This document shows positions 1 to 9,595 of a DNA stretch of 64,000 nt, in pieces. How positions within the stretch are numbered: position 1 is the first letter of the stretch; each line of letters begins with the position of its first letter. The notes below the pieces were generated by a model, which searched no databases, had not been told where the DNA came from, and was given only the letters and a program-made list of their open reading frames with translations. The DNA comes from a bacterium (GTDB lineage Bacteria > Bacteroidota > Ignavibacteria > UBA10030): the NCBI GenBank assembly GCA_043803945.1, contig JAZDJN010000034.1:3190-67189 (forward strand), given 5' to 3'. The position numbers and the translations under genes were made by a program.

Positions 1-1799
1 TTGTTTTCCGCAACGTATTCGCTATTATTGTACTTTTTATTACACTTCATTCCCTTTATGCTCAGCGCAATCCAGAGATTACCATACCAGAATTGCAGAA
101 GCATCTTAAGTATCTCGCTTCCGATAAATTACAAGGGAGAGAGGCTGGAACAAAGGGAGCCGAGGAGGCAGCACGCTATCTTGCTAATGAATTTAAGCTC
201 TATGGTTTGAAACCCTTGGGAGATAAGGGAACCTACCTCCAGAATTTCAATTTTATTTCAACACCCAAACCCGGGAAAGCCAACGTATTGTCGTTGGTCA
301 TTAATGGAAAGACACGACAAGGGAAAATGGATAAGGACTTTCGTCCCTTCAACTTTTCTGCGAACAATTCGTTCCAAAGTCAGGTTATGTTTGTCGGATA
401 CGGAATCTCTGCACCTTCACTTGGATACGACGACTATGCAGGACTCGATGTAAAAGATAAAATTCTCATCATGCTTAGAAACTCCCCTCCTTCCGACTCT
501 ATAAAAAACTTCGGTCAATTCAGCAGAGATCGATACAAAGCATCAAAAGCAAAAGAACTTGGTGCCAAAGCTCTTCTCCTCGTTCAGGGGATCGAAGATT
601 ATAAAACCGATAATCTTGTTTCACTCCGCTATGATATCTCCTCTGGCGGCAGTGCCGGCATCGTGGTGATTCACATCAAACGCAGCTTGGCTGATGAGAT
701 CCTCGCGAGTGTGAAACAAACCATCAACGACCTTCAGAAGAAAATTAACGAAACCAAATCACCTTCATCGTTTGCTCTTACCGATGTTGTGGTGCGCGGC
801 TCAGTTGACCTCAAGGAGATGTCGGTAACAACCGCCAATGTCGTTGGCATGCTTGAAGGAACTGATCCCTCATTAAAGGATCAGGTGATTGTAATTGGTG
901 CCCACTATGACCATTTGGGAATGGGTCTTGAAGGATCTTCAATGAAACCGGAAATGAAGGCTGTGCACAATGGTGCCGACGATAATGGCTCCGGAACAAC
1001 AGGCCTTCTCGAACTTGCGCAGGCATTTGCCGCAAAACGATTGGAGTTGAAACGGAGCATGATATTCGTTGCGTTCACGGGAGAGGAACTTGGAGTACTC
1101 GGATCAGCACACTACGTGAAAACTCCACCCTACCCACTGGAAAAAACAGCGGTCATGATGAATATGGATATGATTGGCAGACTGAATAACCGAAAACTGA
1201 TTGTGTATGGAACTGGAACATCTCCTGATTTTGAAAAACTTGCCAAGAAATATAATCGTGACTCAACATTTGATTTAAAGCTTGTCAAAGACGGCTTTGG
1301 CCCGAGTGATCAAGCATCATTCTATGGCAAAAATATCCCTGTGTATCACTTCTTCACTGATTTGCATTCAGATTATCATACACCCTTCGATGATTACGAG
1401 AAGATTAATTTTGATGGGATGAAAAAGGTAGTGAAATATGTTTACGAAATTGCTCACGATCTGGATATCGTTCCGGAACGCCCCAAATATCTTGCGGTAG
1501 AAACGCCCAAGGCACCAGCGGGCCGAGGAGTGAGTGTTTCTACCGGCGTGATTCCGGACTTTGGCGGTGAAGGGGATGGCTTTAAAATATCCGGCGTGCG
1601 AGCAGGAAGCACGATGGCAAATGCAGGATTAACAGGCGGAGATATCATCATCAAATTTGGAAAAGTCGACATTAAAAATATCTATGATTATACCTATGCA
1701 TTGGGAGAATATAAACCCGGTGATGAGGTAGAGGTTACTTATAAGCGTGGAACAGAAGTGAAAACTATAAAGGTTAAACTGGAGAAGAGAAGTAACTAA
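1..1799 (+). CDS. M28-family zinc aminopeptidase with C-terminal PDZ-like domain; the 5' end is cut by the window edge (the reading frame stays open to nt 3 and encodes a signal-peptide-like leader)
   Basis: HYDHLGMG and DDNGSG metal-ligand motifs; EELGVLGS; C-terminal PDZ-like segment; upstream in-frame translation ...FAIIVLFITLHSLYAQ looks like a cleaved signal peptide. Confidence 0.8.
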   Translation, partial: VFRNVFAIIVLFITLHSLYAQRNPEITIPELQKHLKYLASDKLQGREAGTKGAEEAARYLANEFKLYGLKPLGDKGTYLQNFNFISTPKPGKANVLSLVINGKTRQGKMDKDFRPFNFSANNSFQSQVMFVGYGISAPSLGYDDYAGLDVKDKILIMLRNSPPSDSIKNFGQFSRDRYKASKAKELGAKALLLVQGIEDYKTDNLVSLRYDISSGGSAGIVVIHIKRSLADEILASVKQTINDLQKKINETKSPSSFALTDVVVRGSVDLKEMSVTTANVVGMLEGTDPSLKDQVIVIGAHYDHLGMGLEGSSMKPEMKAVHNGADDNGSGTTGLLELAQAFAAKRLELKRSMIFVAFTGEELGVLGSAHYVKTPPYPLEKTAVMMNMDMIGRLNNRKLIVYGTGTSPDFEKLAKKYNRDSTFDLKLVKDGFGPSDQASFYGKNIPVYHFFTDLHSDYHTPFDDYEKINFDGMKKVVKYVYEIAHDLDIVPERPKYLAVETPKAPAGRGVSVSTGVIPDFGGEGDGFKISGVRAGSTMANAGLTGGDIIIKFGKVDIKNIYDYTYALGEYKPGDEVEVTYKRGTEVKTIKVKLEKRSN

Positions 1800-1811
1800 G
1801 AAGAATTATTG

Positions 1812-1843
1812 GTAACCGTTACCCGTGGGAGGGGAACGGTTAC
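1812..1843. terminator. Imperfect 13-bp hairpin between convergent genes (gtaaccgttaccc / ggggaacggttac); possible bidirectional terminator
   Basis: Inverted repeat read directly; sits between the + peptidase stop (1799) and the - ORF stop (1873); no strong T-tract. Confidence 0.3.
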
Positions 1844-1872
1844 AACGTTGCTGTATACCCACTTGAACCGGC

Positions 1873-2196
1873 TTAAGCTACCTCGACGAGTGTTGAGTAT
1901 CTTGCCTTTCCTTGTATGAGCGGATCCAAATTGTTTACCAACGATTCGCTCTTCTCATCAAGATCATCTTCAAGAGCATCATACTCTTCAATGGAGTTAC
2001 AAGTAAATTCTTCAACGAAAGAGTTCTTCTTCCCTTTCAACTCAAAGATAGTATAGTGCTTTTTTCTGATCTGTGTAAAGTGAGTCTTCATTTCCTGAGC
2101 AAGAGCGAGATATTCTTCCCTTTTTTCCTGCTTGATATCATATGAAATCTGTAATAAGACGCTGGGCATAGTATCCTTTCTTTGAGACGATGGCAT
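1873..2196 (-). CDS. Hypothetical small acidic protein (107 aa)
   Basis: Clean ORF in the ORF track with no recognisable motif. Confidence 0.4.
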   Translation of the reverse strand: MPSSQRKDTMPSVLLQISYDIKQEKREEYLALAQEMKTHFTQIRKKHYTIFELKGKKNSFVEEFTCNSIEEYDALEDDLDEKSESLVNNLDPLIQGKARYSTLVEVA

Positions 2197-2199
2197 CTG

Positions 2200-2577
2200 T
2201 TAGACAAAATCCTGCATTGCTTTTCGAATTTCAGTTTCTTTCATGCCAAAATAATGGCCTAGTTCGTGAAAAAGTGTGAGTGCTAGTTGGTGCTGAACTT
2301 CTTCATCGGTTTTGCACATTGCTTCAATGTTCTTTTGATAGAGCGTAATCTTGTCTGGTGTTACAGGATACATTCCATAGGATGTATCTCTTTTCGTTAA
2401 CGGGATGCCTTGATAGAGTCCGAGCAAATTCTTTTGTTGGGCGCGGACAGATCGATAATCATTCTTGTCTGGCACATCTTCCACAACGATACGAACATTC
2501 TCAATTCGGGTTTTAAAAATCGTCGGCAATGAATTGAATGCCTGCTCTATAAGCTCCTCAAAATGTTCCCGTGTCAT
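2200..2577 (-). CDS. Zincin-like metallopeptidase family protein (DUF1025-like), HExxH
   Basis: HELGHYFG motif near the C-terminus. Start reassigned to the internal Met (MTREHFEEL...) because ATGA overlaps the upstream gene's stop at 2574-2577; the longer 2200..2727 track ORF overlaps the neighbour out of frame. Confidence 0.6.
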   Translation of the reverse strand: MTREHFEELIEQAFNSLPTIFKTRIENVRIVVEDVPDKNDYRSVRAQQKNLLGLYQGIPLTKRDTSYGMYPVTPDKITLYQKNIEAMCKTDEEVQHQLALTLFHELGHYFGMKETEIRKAMQDFV

Positions 2578-3338
2578 ATCATTCCGTACTTCGTTGCTAT
2601 AGTCCAAATTGTGGCAACGAGAGCAGCTAGGGTGATTGACATGGCAATAATGGATCTCAGAATAGAAATCCGATGTCCTTTCACTGTCGCAATAACTGCG
2701 AGGATGAGACTCCACACCACTACACATCCATCAATTCCCATGAGAATCGTATACAAGACCGGATTTATTGTATATGGAGGTGGATTTGCAGTGAAGAAGT
2801 ACATCCCAAAGGTCAGCAGTTCAATAGGAAGAATAAAAATGAGAGAAAGAACAACCGGGACAAGGGAGTATGCCAAAAGTGCAAATGAGCTTCGAATTTT
2901 CGCAAGACCGCCGAAAAGTCTTACTGCAATGTGATACGGAATCACCAAGACAGCACCGAGAACAATTCCGATTCCGAAGCCAGAAATAGTAGCTGCCGGA
3001 ATAAGCTCAAATAAATTGGTAAAACGGTTACCAAGTCGGAAAAACCAGAAAAGTGCGAAACTCAGGGCAATTCCAGACATTGTAAAGAGGAACAGAGAAT
3101 AGTTTTTCTGTTCCGATCGTACAATTATAGGAAATGTCGTGCTGGGCGATTCAATAACTTTCCAAACAGTTTCAAAAAAATTAAGATTTGGAACGCGGTT
3201 CTGAAGGAATGCCTTACAGCTTTTGCATGTTACAGCAAAAAGATCATTTTCAGTCTGGCAAATTGAACATTTAATCATCGCATCCCGATATTTTTCTCTT
3301 TCTGTAATAAATTTAGCAAGAATGTCGACCGGATGCAA
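2574..3338 (-). CDS. N-terminal zinc-ribbon plus polytopic membrane protein (Yip1-like architecture)
   Basis: CSICQTEN...CKSCKAF C4 zinc ribbon followed by about 5 hydrophobic helices; stop overlaps the start of the downstream metallopeptidase (ATGA). Confidence 0.5.
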   Translation of the reverse strand: MHPVDILAKFITEREKYRDAMIKCSICQTENDLFAVTCKSCKAFLQNRVPNLNFFETVWKVIESPSTTFPIIVRSEQKNYSLFLFTMSGIALSFALFWFFRLGNRFTNLFELIPAATISGFGIGIVLGAVLVIPYHIAVRLFGGLAKIRSSFALLAYSLVPVVLSLIFILPIELLTFGMYFFTANPPPYTINPVLYTILMGIDGCVVVWSLILAVIATVKGHRISILRSIIAMSITLAALVATIWTIATKYGMI

Positions 3339-3361
3339 TGAATTATTGGCATGCTCCCCAC

Positions 3362-4732
3362 TTAAAGGTACTTGAATTTTGCTGTGAAATGTCGGAGTAC
3401 GGGTGCCTCGTGAGTAATTGCCATCCCTTTTAGTTGATCCCGGCTTGCAAAGAGTTCGAGAATAATCTGAACAACATAATCGATATGGCTCTGCGTATAG
3501 ACACGCCTGGGAATGGCAAGCCGAACAAGTTCCATCGGTGGCGAAATGAACTTCCCTTCGGGTGAGTACTTGCCAAACATAACACTTCCGATCTCTACGG
3601 TTCGAATACCTCCAAGTCGATAGAGCTCAGCCACAATGGATTGACCCGGGTAATGATGTGGTTCAATGTGTGGTGCAAACCTTCGGGCATCCAGGTAGAT
3701 GGCATGACCTCCAGGCGGTTGCACTATTGGAACACCTTCCTGAACAATCTTCTCGCCTAAATATTCCACTGAGCGGATTCGATACGTCAGATAATGCTCA
3801 TCGACAACTTCAACCAAACCCTGAGCAATTGCCTCGAGATCTCGACCTGCCAATCCTCCATAGGTGTGAAATCCTTCAGTTACAATTAAAAGATTCCGCG
3901 CCTTTTGTGCCAAGGTATCGTCGTTCAGAGCAAGGAAGCCCCCCATGTTCACCAGTGCATCTTTTTTTGCACTCATCGTGCAGCCATCTGCATACGAGAA
4001 CATCTCTTGAGCAATTTCTTTAACTGACTTATGCTCGTAGCCCTTTTCCCTTTTCTTAATAAAAAATGAATTTTCAGCAAATCTGCAAGCATCTAAGAAA
4101 AAAGGAATGCCATATTTGTTTAAGAGTCTTTTTGTCTCTCGGATGTTCTCCATTGACACCGGTTGACCACCTCCGGAGTTATTCGTCACTGTGATCATTC
4201 CCAGAGGAATATTTTCCGGCTTCACTTTCTGTATGAATTGTTCAAGCGCATCGAGATCGATATTTCCTTTGAAATCAGCGATCACATCAGGTTTTTTTCC
4301 CGTCTCATTGAGTAAATCGACAGCTTCAGCACCCGTGAATTCAACGTTTGCCCGTGTCGTGTCGAAGTGAGTATTGTTCGGAAAGTATTTACCAGCACCT
4401 CCTGTGATTGAAAAAAGAATTTTTTCAGCTGCCCTGCCCTGGTGGGTTGGAATAATATGTTTGAAGCCCGTTAGTTCTTTGATTACTTTTTCGAAACGAA
4501 AAAAGCTTTTAGAACCTGCGTAGGCTTCATCTCCATCCATAATTCCTGCCCATTGCTTGGCGCTCATTGCTGAAGTACCGCTATCCGTCAGCAAGTCGAT
4601 TAGGACATCATCGGCGTGAATGAGAAAAGGATTATAATCGGCCTTTTTCAGGATCTCATCGCGTTCCGTGATTGTCGTGAATCGAATCGGTTCGACAGAT
4701 TTAATTTTAAAGGGTTCGATAATAATTTTCAT
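3362..4732 (-). CDS. Beta-eliminating lyase of the tryptophanase / tyrosine phenol-lyase family (paralog 1)
   Basis: [35 protein letters not shown] (PLP-lysine region), RLAIPRRVYTQSHID; full-length 456 aa. Confidence 0.85.
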   Translation of the reverse strand: MKIIIEPFKIKSVEPIRFTTITERDEILKKADYNPFLIHADDVLIDLLTDSGTSAMSAKQWAGIMDGDEAYAGSKSFFRFEKVIKELTGFKHIIPTHQGRAAEKILFSITGGAGKYFPNNTHFDTTRANVEFTGAEAVDLLNETGKKPDVIADFKGNIDLDALEQFIQKVKPENIPLGMITVTNNSGGGQPVSMENIRETKRLLNKYGIPFFLDACRFAENSFFIKKREKGYEHKSVKEIAQEMFSYADGCTMSAKKDALVNMGGFLALNDDTLAQKARNLLIVTEGFHTYGGLAGRDLEAIAQGLVEVVDEHYLTYRIRSVEYLGEKIVQEGVPIVQPPGGHAIYLDARRFAPHIEPHHYPGQSIVAELYRLGGIRTVEIGSVMFGKYSPEGKFISPPMELVRLAIPRRVYTQSHIDYVVQIILELFASRDQLKGMAITHEAPVLRHFTAKFKYL

Positions 4733-4800
4733 AATAATTCCAAAGAAAGCGCCGTCATTGAAATCATTCGGGTGGGATGTATTACATCAGCGTAATTGAG

Positions 4801-5325
4801 CTATTCTTCGCTGTAAGTGATAAGAGAGAATGTATTGTATTTACTAAGTTTATCTCGTCCTTTAAGAAAATTCAATTCAATAAGGAACGAGACCCCAACA
4901 ATGTTCCCTCCCAGCTTTTCGACGAGTTTACAAGCTGCTGAAACAGTTCCACCGGTTGCTAAAAGATCATCATGTACCAATACACGGTCCCCAGGAGATA
5001 TGGAGTCTTGATGAATTTCGAGGGCATCAGTTCCATACTCAAGTGCATATTCTTCTCTAAGGGTAGCTGCAGGAAGTTTTTTGGGTTTCCTCACCGGAAT
5101 AAAACCTGCCTTTAAAGCTGAGGCGAGCACTGCGCCAAAAATAAATCCTCTCGATTCAATACAAACAATTTTTTCTACCTGATTATCCTTGTACTGATCA
5201 ACCAGAATTTGAGAAGCACGATGGAAGGCAGAAGCATCTTTAAGAAGAGTGGTAATATCTCTGAAAACGATCCCCTTCTTTGGGAAGTCGTTGATGTTTC
5301 TAATATACATTGCTAAGTCATCCAT
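4801..5325 (-). CDS. apt: Adenine phosphoribosyltransferase
   Basis: FPKKGIVFRDIT, ESRGFIFG, HDDLLATGGT PRPP-binding motif; 174 aa. Confidence 0.85.
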   Translation of the reverse strand: MDDLAMYIRNINDFPKKGIVFRDITTLLKDASAFHRASQILVDQYKDNQVEKIVCIESRGFIFGAVLASALKAGFIPVRKPKKLPAATLREEYALEYGTDALEIHQDSISPGDRVLVHDDLLATGGTVSAACKLVEKLGGNIVGVSFLIELNFLKGRDKLSKYNTFSLITYSEE

Positions 5326-5341
5326 ACTACACTCTTGTCTT

Positions 5342-6124
5342 TTACCATTTTGCAGATTCGTTATTCAATATTGCCTCAACACCTTTTTTACAGTCTTCGG
5401 TCATTCTGGTCAGTGCATTGAGATTGGATGCGTAGTTGAGGGCATCTGCTGTTGACATCCCATGAAATCTTGAAAGCAGCTCTTTGATGAGGCTAAGAGA
5501 TGATGAACTGCATTCCTCGACGATCGATCGGGAGAATTCCATGGCAAACTGCTCGAGTTGTGTGTCGGGAATAATAAAATTAACTATGCCAATTTTTAAG
5601 GCTTCTTCTGCATTGAGAACGTTGCCGCTGAGGGCCAATTCTCGAGCCTTGGATTCCCCTGTTCTTCTTACAAGAAAAAGCAGCAAGAGAGCGGGAATAA
5701 ATCCTTGCTTAACTTCAGTGAGGCCAAACTTTGCTGTTTCTTTTGATGCAATGACGAAATCGGATACAACTACCAACCCACAACCATTCTGAAGAGCTTC
5801 GCCCCGTACGACACAAATGACGGGCTTCCGGTGTGTGTACATTTGCTGAAATAATTTCATCAGGTTTGCGGAATCTTCCTGATTCTGATTAAAGTCAAAG
5901 GTGGATGACTGGTGCAGATGGTCCAGATCACTTCCGATGCAAAAGGTATCACCCTCACCTGCGAGGATGATTACTTTAACTTCTGAATCACGTTGTGCAA
6001 ATGTCAAAGCAGATGAGAGTTCAGCGATCATTGATGGATCGAGAGCATTCTGTTTTTCCGGTCGGCTTAACTCGATTCTGCAGACTCGTCGTCGTGTTGT
6101 ATATTTGATTCTAGTGAAATCCAT
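5342..6124 (-). CDS. Enoyl-CoA hydratase/isomerase (crotonase) family protein
   Basis: FCIGSDL oxyanion-hole region and crotonase-fold length (260 aa). Confidence 0.75.
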   Translation of the reverse strand: MDFTRIKYTTRRRVCRIELSRPEKQNALDPSMIAELSSALTFAQRDSEVKVIILAGEGDTFCIGSDLDHLHQSSTFDFNQNQEDSANLMKLFQQMYTHRKPVICVVRGEALQNGCGLVVVSDFVIASKETAKFGLTEVKQGFIPALLLLFLVRRTGESKARELALSGNVLNAEEALKIGIVNFIIPDTQLEQFAMEFSRSIVEECSSSSLSLIKELLSRFHGMSTADALNYASNLNALTRMTEDCKKGVEAILNNESAKW

Positions 6125-6190
6125 AAGTTCTGTTTGCTCGGAATGAAAGTAGCAAGAAGGGTATGAAAAAGCAAGGAATGGAAGCGTCCT

Positions 6191-6233
6191 GCCAAAAATA
6201 AGAAGAGTCTCACAATCAATCTGCGAGACTCTT
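6191..6233 (-). terminator. Rho-independent terminator downstream of glnA
   Basis: On the minus strand: 9-bp perfect stem (aagagtctc ... gagactctt) followed by CTTATTTTTGG. Confidence 0.6.
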
Positions 6234-6255
6234 TGATGTCAATCACTGAAACGAT

Positions 6256-7713
6256 TTAGGCATCGTAGTAGAGCATGAACTCATAAGGATGAGGTCTCAA
6301 TTGCATTGGCTCGATTTCCCTTTTCGTTTTATAGTCAATCCACGTTTCAATCATATCAGAACTAAAGACATCTCCTCTGAGTAAGAACTCGTGGTCATCC
6401 TGCAAGGCTTGCAGTGAATCCTTCAACGATGGAGGTGTTGATGGGACATCGCTCAATTGTTCCGGTGTCAAGTCATAGATATCTTTATCCAAAGGATCTC
6501 CTGGATCGATTTTATTGATAATGCCATCCAGTCCAGCCATCAACATCGCAGAGAAAGCAATATAGGGGTTGCAGGTAGGGTCAGGGCATCGAAATTCGAC
6601 GCGTTTTGCTTTTGGATTAGAGGAATACATCGGTATACGGATCGCCGCAGATCGATTCCGCTGCGAGTAGGCAAGGTTCACTGGTGCTTCGTATCCTGGT
6701 ACCAATCGTTTATAGGAATTGGTGGTTGGATTTGTGAATGCGCATAAAGCAGGAGCATGCTTTAAAAGGCCACCGATGTAATACACTGCCATCTCACTTA
6801 ATCCAGCATACCCGTTTCCAGCAAACAACGGTTTCCCTCCTTTCCACAGACTTTGGTGGACGTGCATTCCAGATCCGTTATCTCCATAGATCGGTTTTGG
6901 CATGAATGTGACAGTCTTTCCGTGTTTCTTCGCAACATTCTTTGTGACGTATTTGTAGGTTAAATAATTATCAGCCATTTTGGTCAACGTATCTCGTTTC
7001 ATATCAATCTCAGCCTGACCTGCTGTGGCAACTTCGTGGTGGTGAACTTCCACTACAATTCCAACTGCTTCAAGTGTCAGCACCATATCCGATCGAATAT
7101 CCTGTAAACTGTCGATCGGCGATGCTGGGAAATAACCCTCCTTCAACCTTGGTTTATGGCCGAGGTTCTGTTTTGATTCCAGGCCGCTATTCCAGAATCC
7201 TTCATCACTATCGAGATAGTAATATCCGAAATTGTGTGATTGATCGAATCGGACATGATCGAGAATGAAGAATTCTGGCTCGGGTCCGAAGTACGCCATG
7301 TCTGCCAATCCAGTTTTCTTAAGATATGCCTCCGCCTTTTTTGCGATGTAGCGGGGGTCACGTGAGTAGCTTTGCTTGGTGATCGGATCGGCAATGTCAC
7401 AGATCAAACTTAGCGTAGCAGCCTCGGTAAACGGATCGAGAAATGCCGATGATGGATCGGGAAATAAGACCATATCGCTTTCATGAATCTTCTTAAATCC
7501 GCGGATACTCGAACCATCAAATCCAATTCCTTCAATAAACACCTCTTCAGAAAATTGGGAGGCAGTAACTGAAAAATGTTGCCATTGCCCCAGCAAGTCT
7601 GTGAACTTCAGGTCAATCACCTTGATTCCGCGTTCTTTGATCATTTTCATCACCATCGCCACGCCACTATTTGATTTTACTTTAGTAGACATAGATCTCC
7701 TTTTATAAGACAA
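6256..7713 (-). CDS. glnA: Glutamine synthetase type I
   Basis: GS-I N-terminal beta-grasp ([16 protein letters not shown]) and catalytic-domain motifs; about 470 aa; the true start may be the internal MSTKV. Confidence 0.9.
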   Translation of the reverse strand: MSYKRRSMSTKVKSNSGVAMVMKMIKERGIKVIDLKFTDLLGQWQHFSVTASQFSEEVFIEGIGFDGSSIRGFKKIHESDMVLFPDPSSAFLDPFTEAATLSLICDIADPITKQSYSRDPRYIAKKAEAYLKKTGLADMAYFGPEPEFFILDHVRFDQSHNFGYYYLDSDEGFWNSGLESKQNLGHKPRLKEGYFPASPIDSLQDIRSDMVLTLEAVGIVVEVHHHEVATAGQAEIDMKRDTLTKMADNYLTYKYVTKNVAKKHGKTVTFMPKPIYGDNGSGMHVHQSLWKGGKPLFAGNGYAGLSEMAVYYIGGLLKHAPALCAFTNPTTNSYKRLVPGYEAPVNLAYSQRNRSAAIRIPMYSSNPKAKRVEFRCPDPTCNPYIAFSAMLMAGLDGIINKIDPGDPLDKDIYDLTPEQLSDVPSTPPSLKDSLQALQDDHEFLLRGDVFSSDMIETWIDYKTKREIEPMQLRPHPYEFMLYYDA

Positions 7714-7716
7714 GTT

Positions 7717-8181
7717 TTATTTATGGGTTGATAATTTTATTGATGTACTTTCCTTTTGTGACGAGAGCACGAGGCTCGTCGTCGTCTTCACGACACCAGT
7801 CCAGGATTGAATCTTGGCGAGGAGCTTTTCAAGATTATAAGTATTTTCTGTTCTGATTTTCAATAAATGTGTGCCTTCTCCTGTCACGGCATGGCATTCG
7901 AGAATATCCTCTGATGTCTGAACATGGTCCACAAACGAGGTGTAATGCTTTGAAGAATCGATCGTAACAACGATAAATGCTGTAATGTCTTTTCCCAACT
8001 TCCTATAGTTAATTTTGGCATGATAACCGAGAATAATCTGCGCCTCCTCGAGTTTTCTCAATCGCTCACTAACAGCAGGCAGTGAGAGGCCAACTTTATC
8101 TGCAAGGTCATTTCTTCTAGTCCTTGCATTTCTTTGAAGAATCTCAAGGATTTTGCAATCAATATCATCTAGGGTAGTCAT
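7717..8181 (-). CDS. Lrp/AsnC-family transcriptional regulator
   Basis: N-terminal HTH (DCKILEILQRNARTRRNDLADKVGLSLPAVSERLRKLEE) plus a C-terminal RAM domain; 4 nt upstream of glnA on the same strand. Confidence 0.8.
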   Translation of the reverse strand: MTTLDDIDCKILEILQRNARTRRNDLADKVGLSLPAVSERLRKLEEAQIILGYHAKINYRKLGKDITAFIVVTIDSSKHYTSFVDHVQTSEDILECHAVTGEGTHLLKIRTENTYNLEKLLAKIQSWTGVVKTTTSLVLSSQKESTSIKLSTHK

Positions 8182-8265
8182 CAGTAGAGCTTTCGTTGCA
8201 GGTTCTTATAATGAACGCCTTAATAAGTAAGGAATTATCTGTATTTACTTACCAATATATAGGTA

Positions 8266-8288
8266 TGTATTGATATTGTCAATACATT
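8266..8288. promoter_or_regulatory. Palindromic candidate operator upstream of lrp-glnA: ATGTATTGA-TATTG-TCAATACAT
   Basis: Perfect 9-bp inverted repeat read directly from the sequence, about 85 nt upstream of the lrp start. Confidence 0.3.
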
Positions 8289-8324
8289 AGGAAGAATATA
8301 AGGCTCATGGCATGAAAGTATGGG

Positions 8325-9534
8325 TTGAAAAAGAGCATCCGGGTAGGTATACTCCAGACGTTCAATCAGAAAAGGAGAACGATAAAGAGGCCCAACCGGA
8401 TGCAGTACAAATATCTGACAGAACTTTTGGAAAGACAAGGATTTTTCGTGGTTGATATCAAGCTCAGAGAACGTAAGGGAAAGAATGTTGTAATCGTGAA
8501 TCTTGAACGCAGCCGGAAGGAATATCGGTGTAGCGGATGCGGAGCGCCTATGACAGTACGCAACAAGAGGTTCAGCATTTGATGCTGTGGAACCATCTGA
8601 CCTATGTCGATTTTTACCGTTGTAGAGTGCATTGCTGTACGTGCGGGATACGGACGGAGGCGTTGGATTTTGTAACAGTTCGTGGTCCTCGAGTGACGAA
8701 ATCTTTGGCTTCGTTGATAGCAGAGCTTTGTAAGGTGATGAGTAATCAGGCTGTGGCAGTGTTGCAGGGACTTCATCGACATACGGTCAAAGCCATCGAC
8801 AAAGAAGCTCTTCAAGCAGTTCAAGCTCAACGTTCCTTGGATGGCATTACCGTGTTGGGAGTAGATGAAATTGCCGTGGGTCGAGGTCACACCTACTGGA
8901 CGATGGTGAGTGCACTAGAAGGTCCTCGGGGTCCGGAGCTGTTGGCAGTGGTTGAGGGACGCAAAGAGAAAAATCTTGAAAAATTCTGGAGATGGTTTGG
9001 CAAACGCAGGGCCAAGCATATTACGTACGCTGTGATGGATATGTGGAAAGCGTTCAGAAACAGCTTTACCAAACACTGTCCTAACGTGCAGATTATTTAC
9101 GATAAGTTTCATGTCATACGTCATCTGTTAAATGCTCTCAACGAATTGCGCAAAGCCGCTGGACGTTTCAAGGATTTCTTGGCGGGGAAGAAATTCATTT
9201 TTCTCTCGCGTCAAGCCCATGTACGAGGCAAAGCTCGAGAAGCCCTCAACCAGTTGCTTGGCGCTAATCGAAATCTGCTAAAGGAATCCTTTGGTCACTT
9301 GTGGTCATATTGCTCCAACACGTGGGCACGGAAGTTCTTTCGCTCTTAGACAAGCCAACTAAAATGGAATCGGTTGAAATTGTATCAGAAGTTTGCCCTC
9401 TTAGTCGAGAAGCACCTTGATGGCATCTTGAGTTATTGCGATAAGAAAGTTCCTCTTGGTTATCTTGAGTCCGCAAATTTGAAAGCAAGAAATGTTATTC
9501 GTCGTGCCTATGGCTATAGGATAAGGAATATATG
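8325..9534 (+). mobile_element. ISL3-family transposase gene, inactivated (zf-ISL3 N-terminus, DDE body, C-terminal ...RAYGYRIRNI); has one frameshift near 8540-8580 and one in-frame TAG at 9347-9349
   Basis: The N-terminal ORF 8325..8582 (CSGCG ... zinc finger) is in a different frame from the body ORF 8537..9349 (DEIAVGRGHTYWTMV...). Reading on past the TAG gives TSQLKWNRLKLYQKFALLVEKHLDGILSYCDKKVPLGYLESANLKARNVIRRAYGYRIRNI in the same frame. Confidence 0.75.
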
Positions 9535-9595
9535 AAACTCAAAATTATTCAAGCTTGCACTCCTTGGATTGTGGTGATCTTTTCTCGAATAGTGT

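Noticed and set aside
2578-2727. N-terminal 50 aa of the 175-aa metallopeptidase ORF
   Set aside because: It overlaps the upstream membrane-protein gene out of frame. The family normally starts at the MTREHFEEL-type Met, which here gives a 4-nt coupling overlap.
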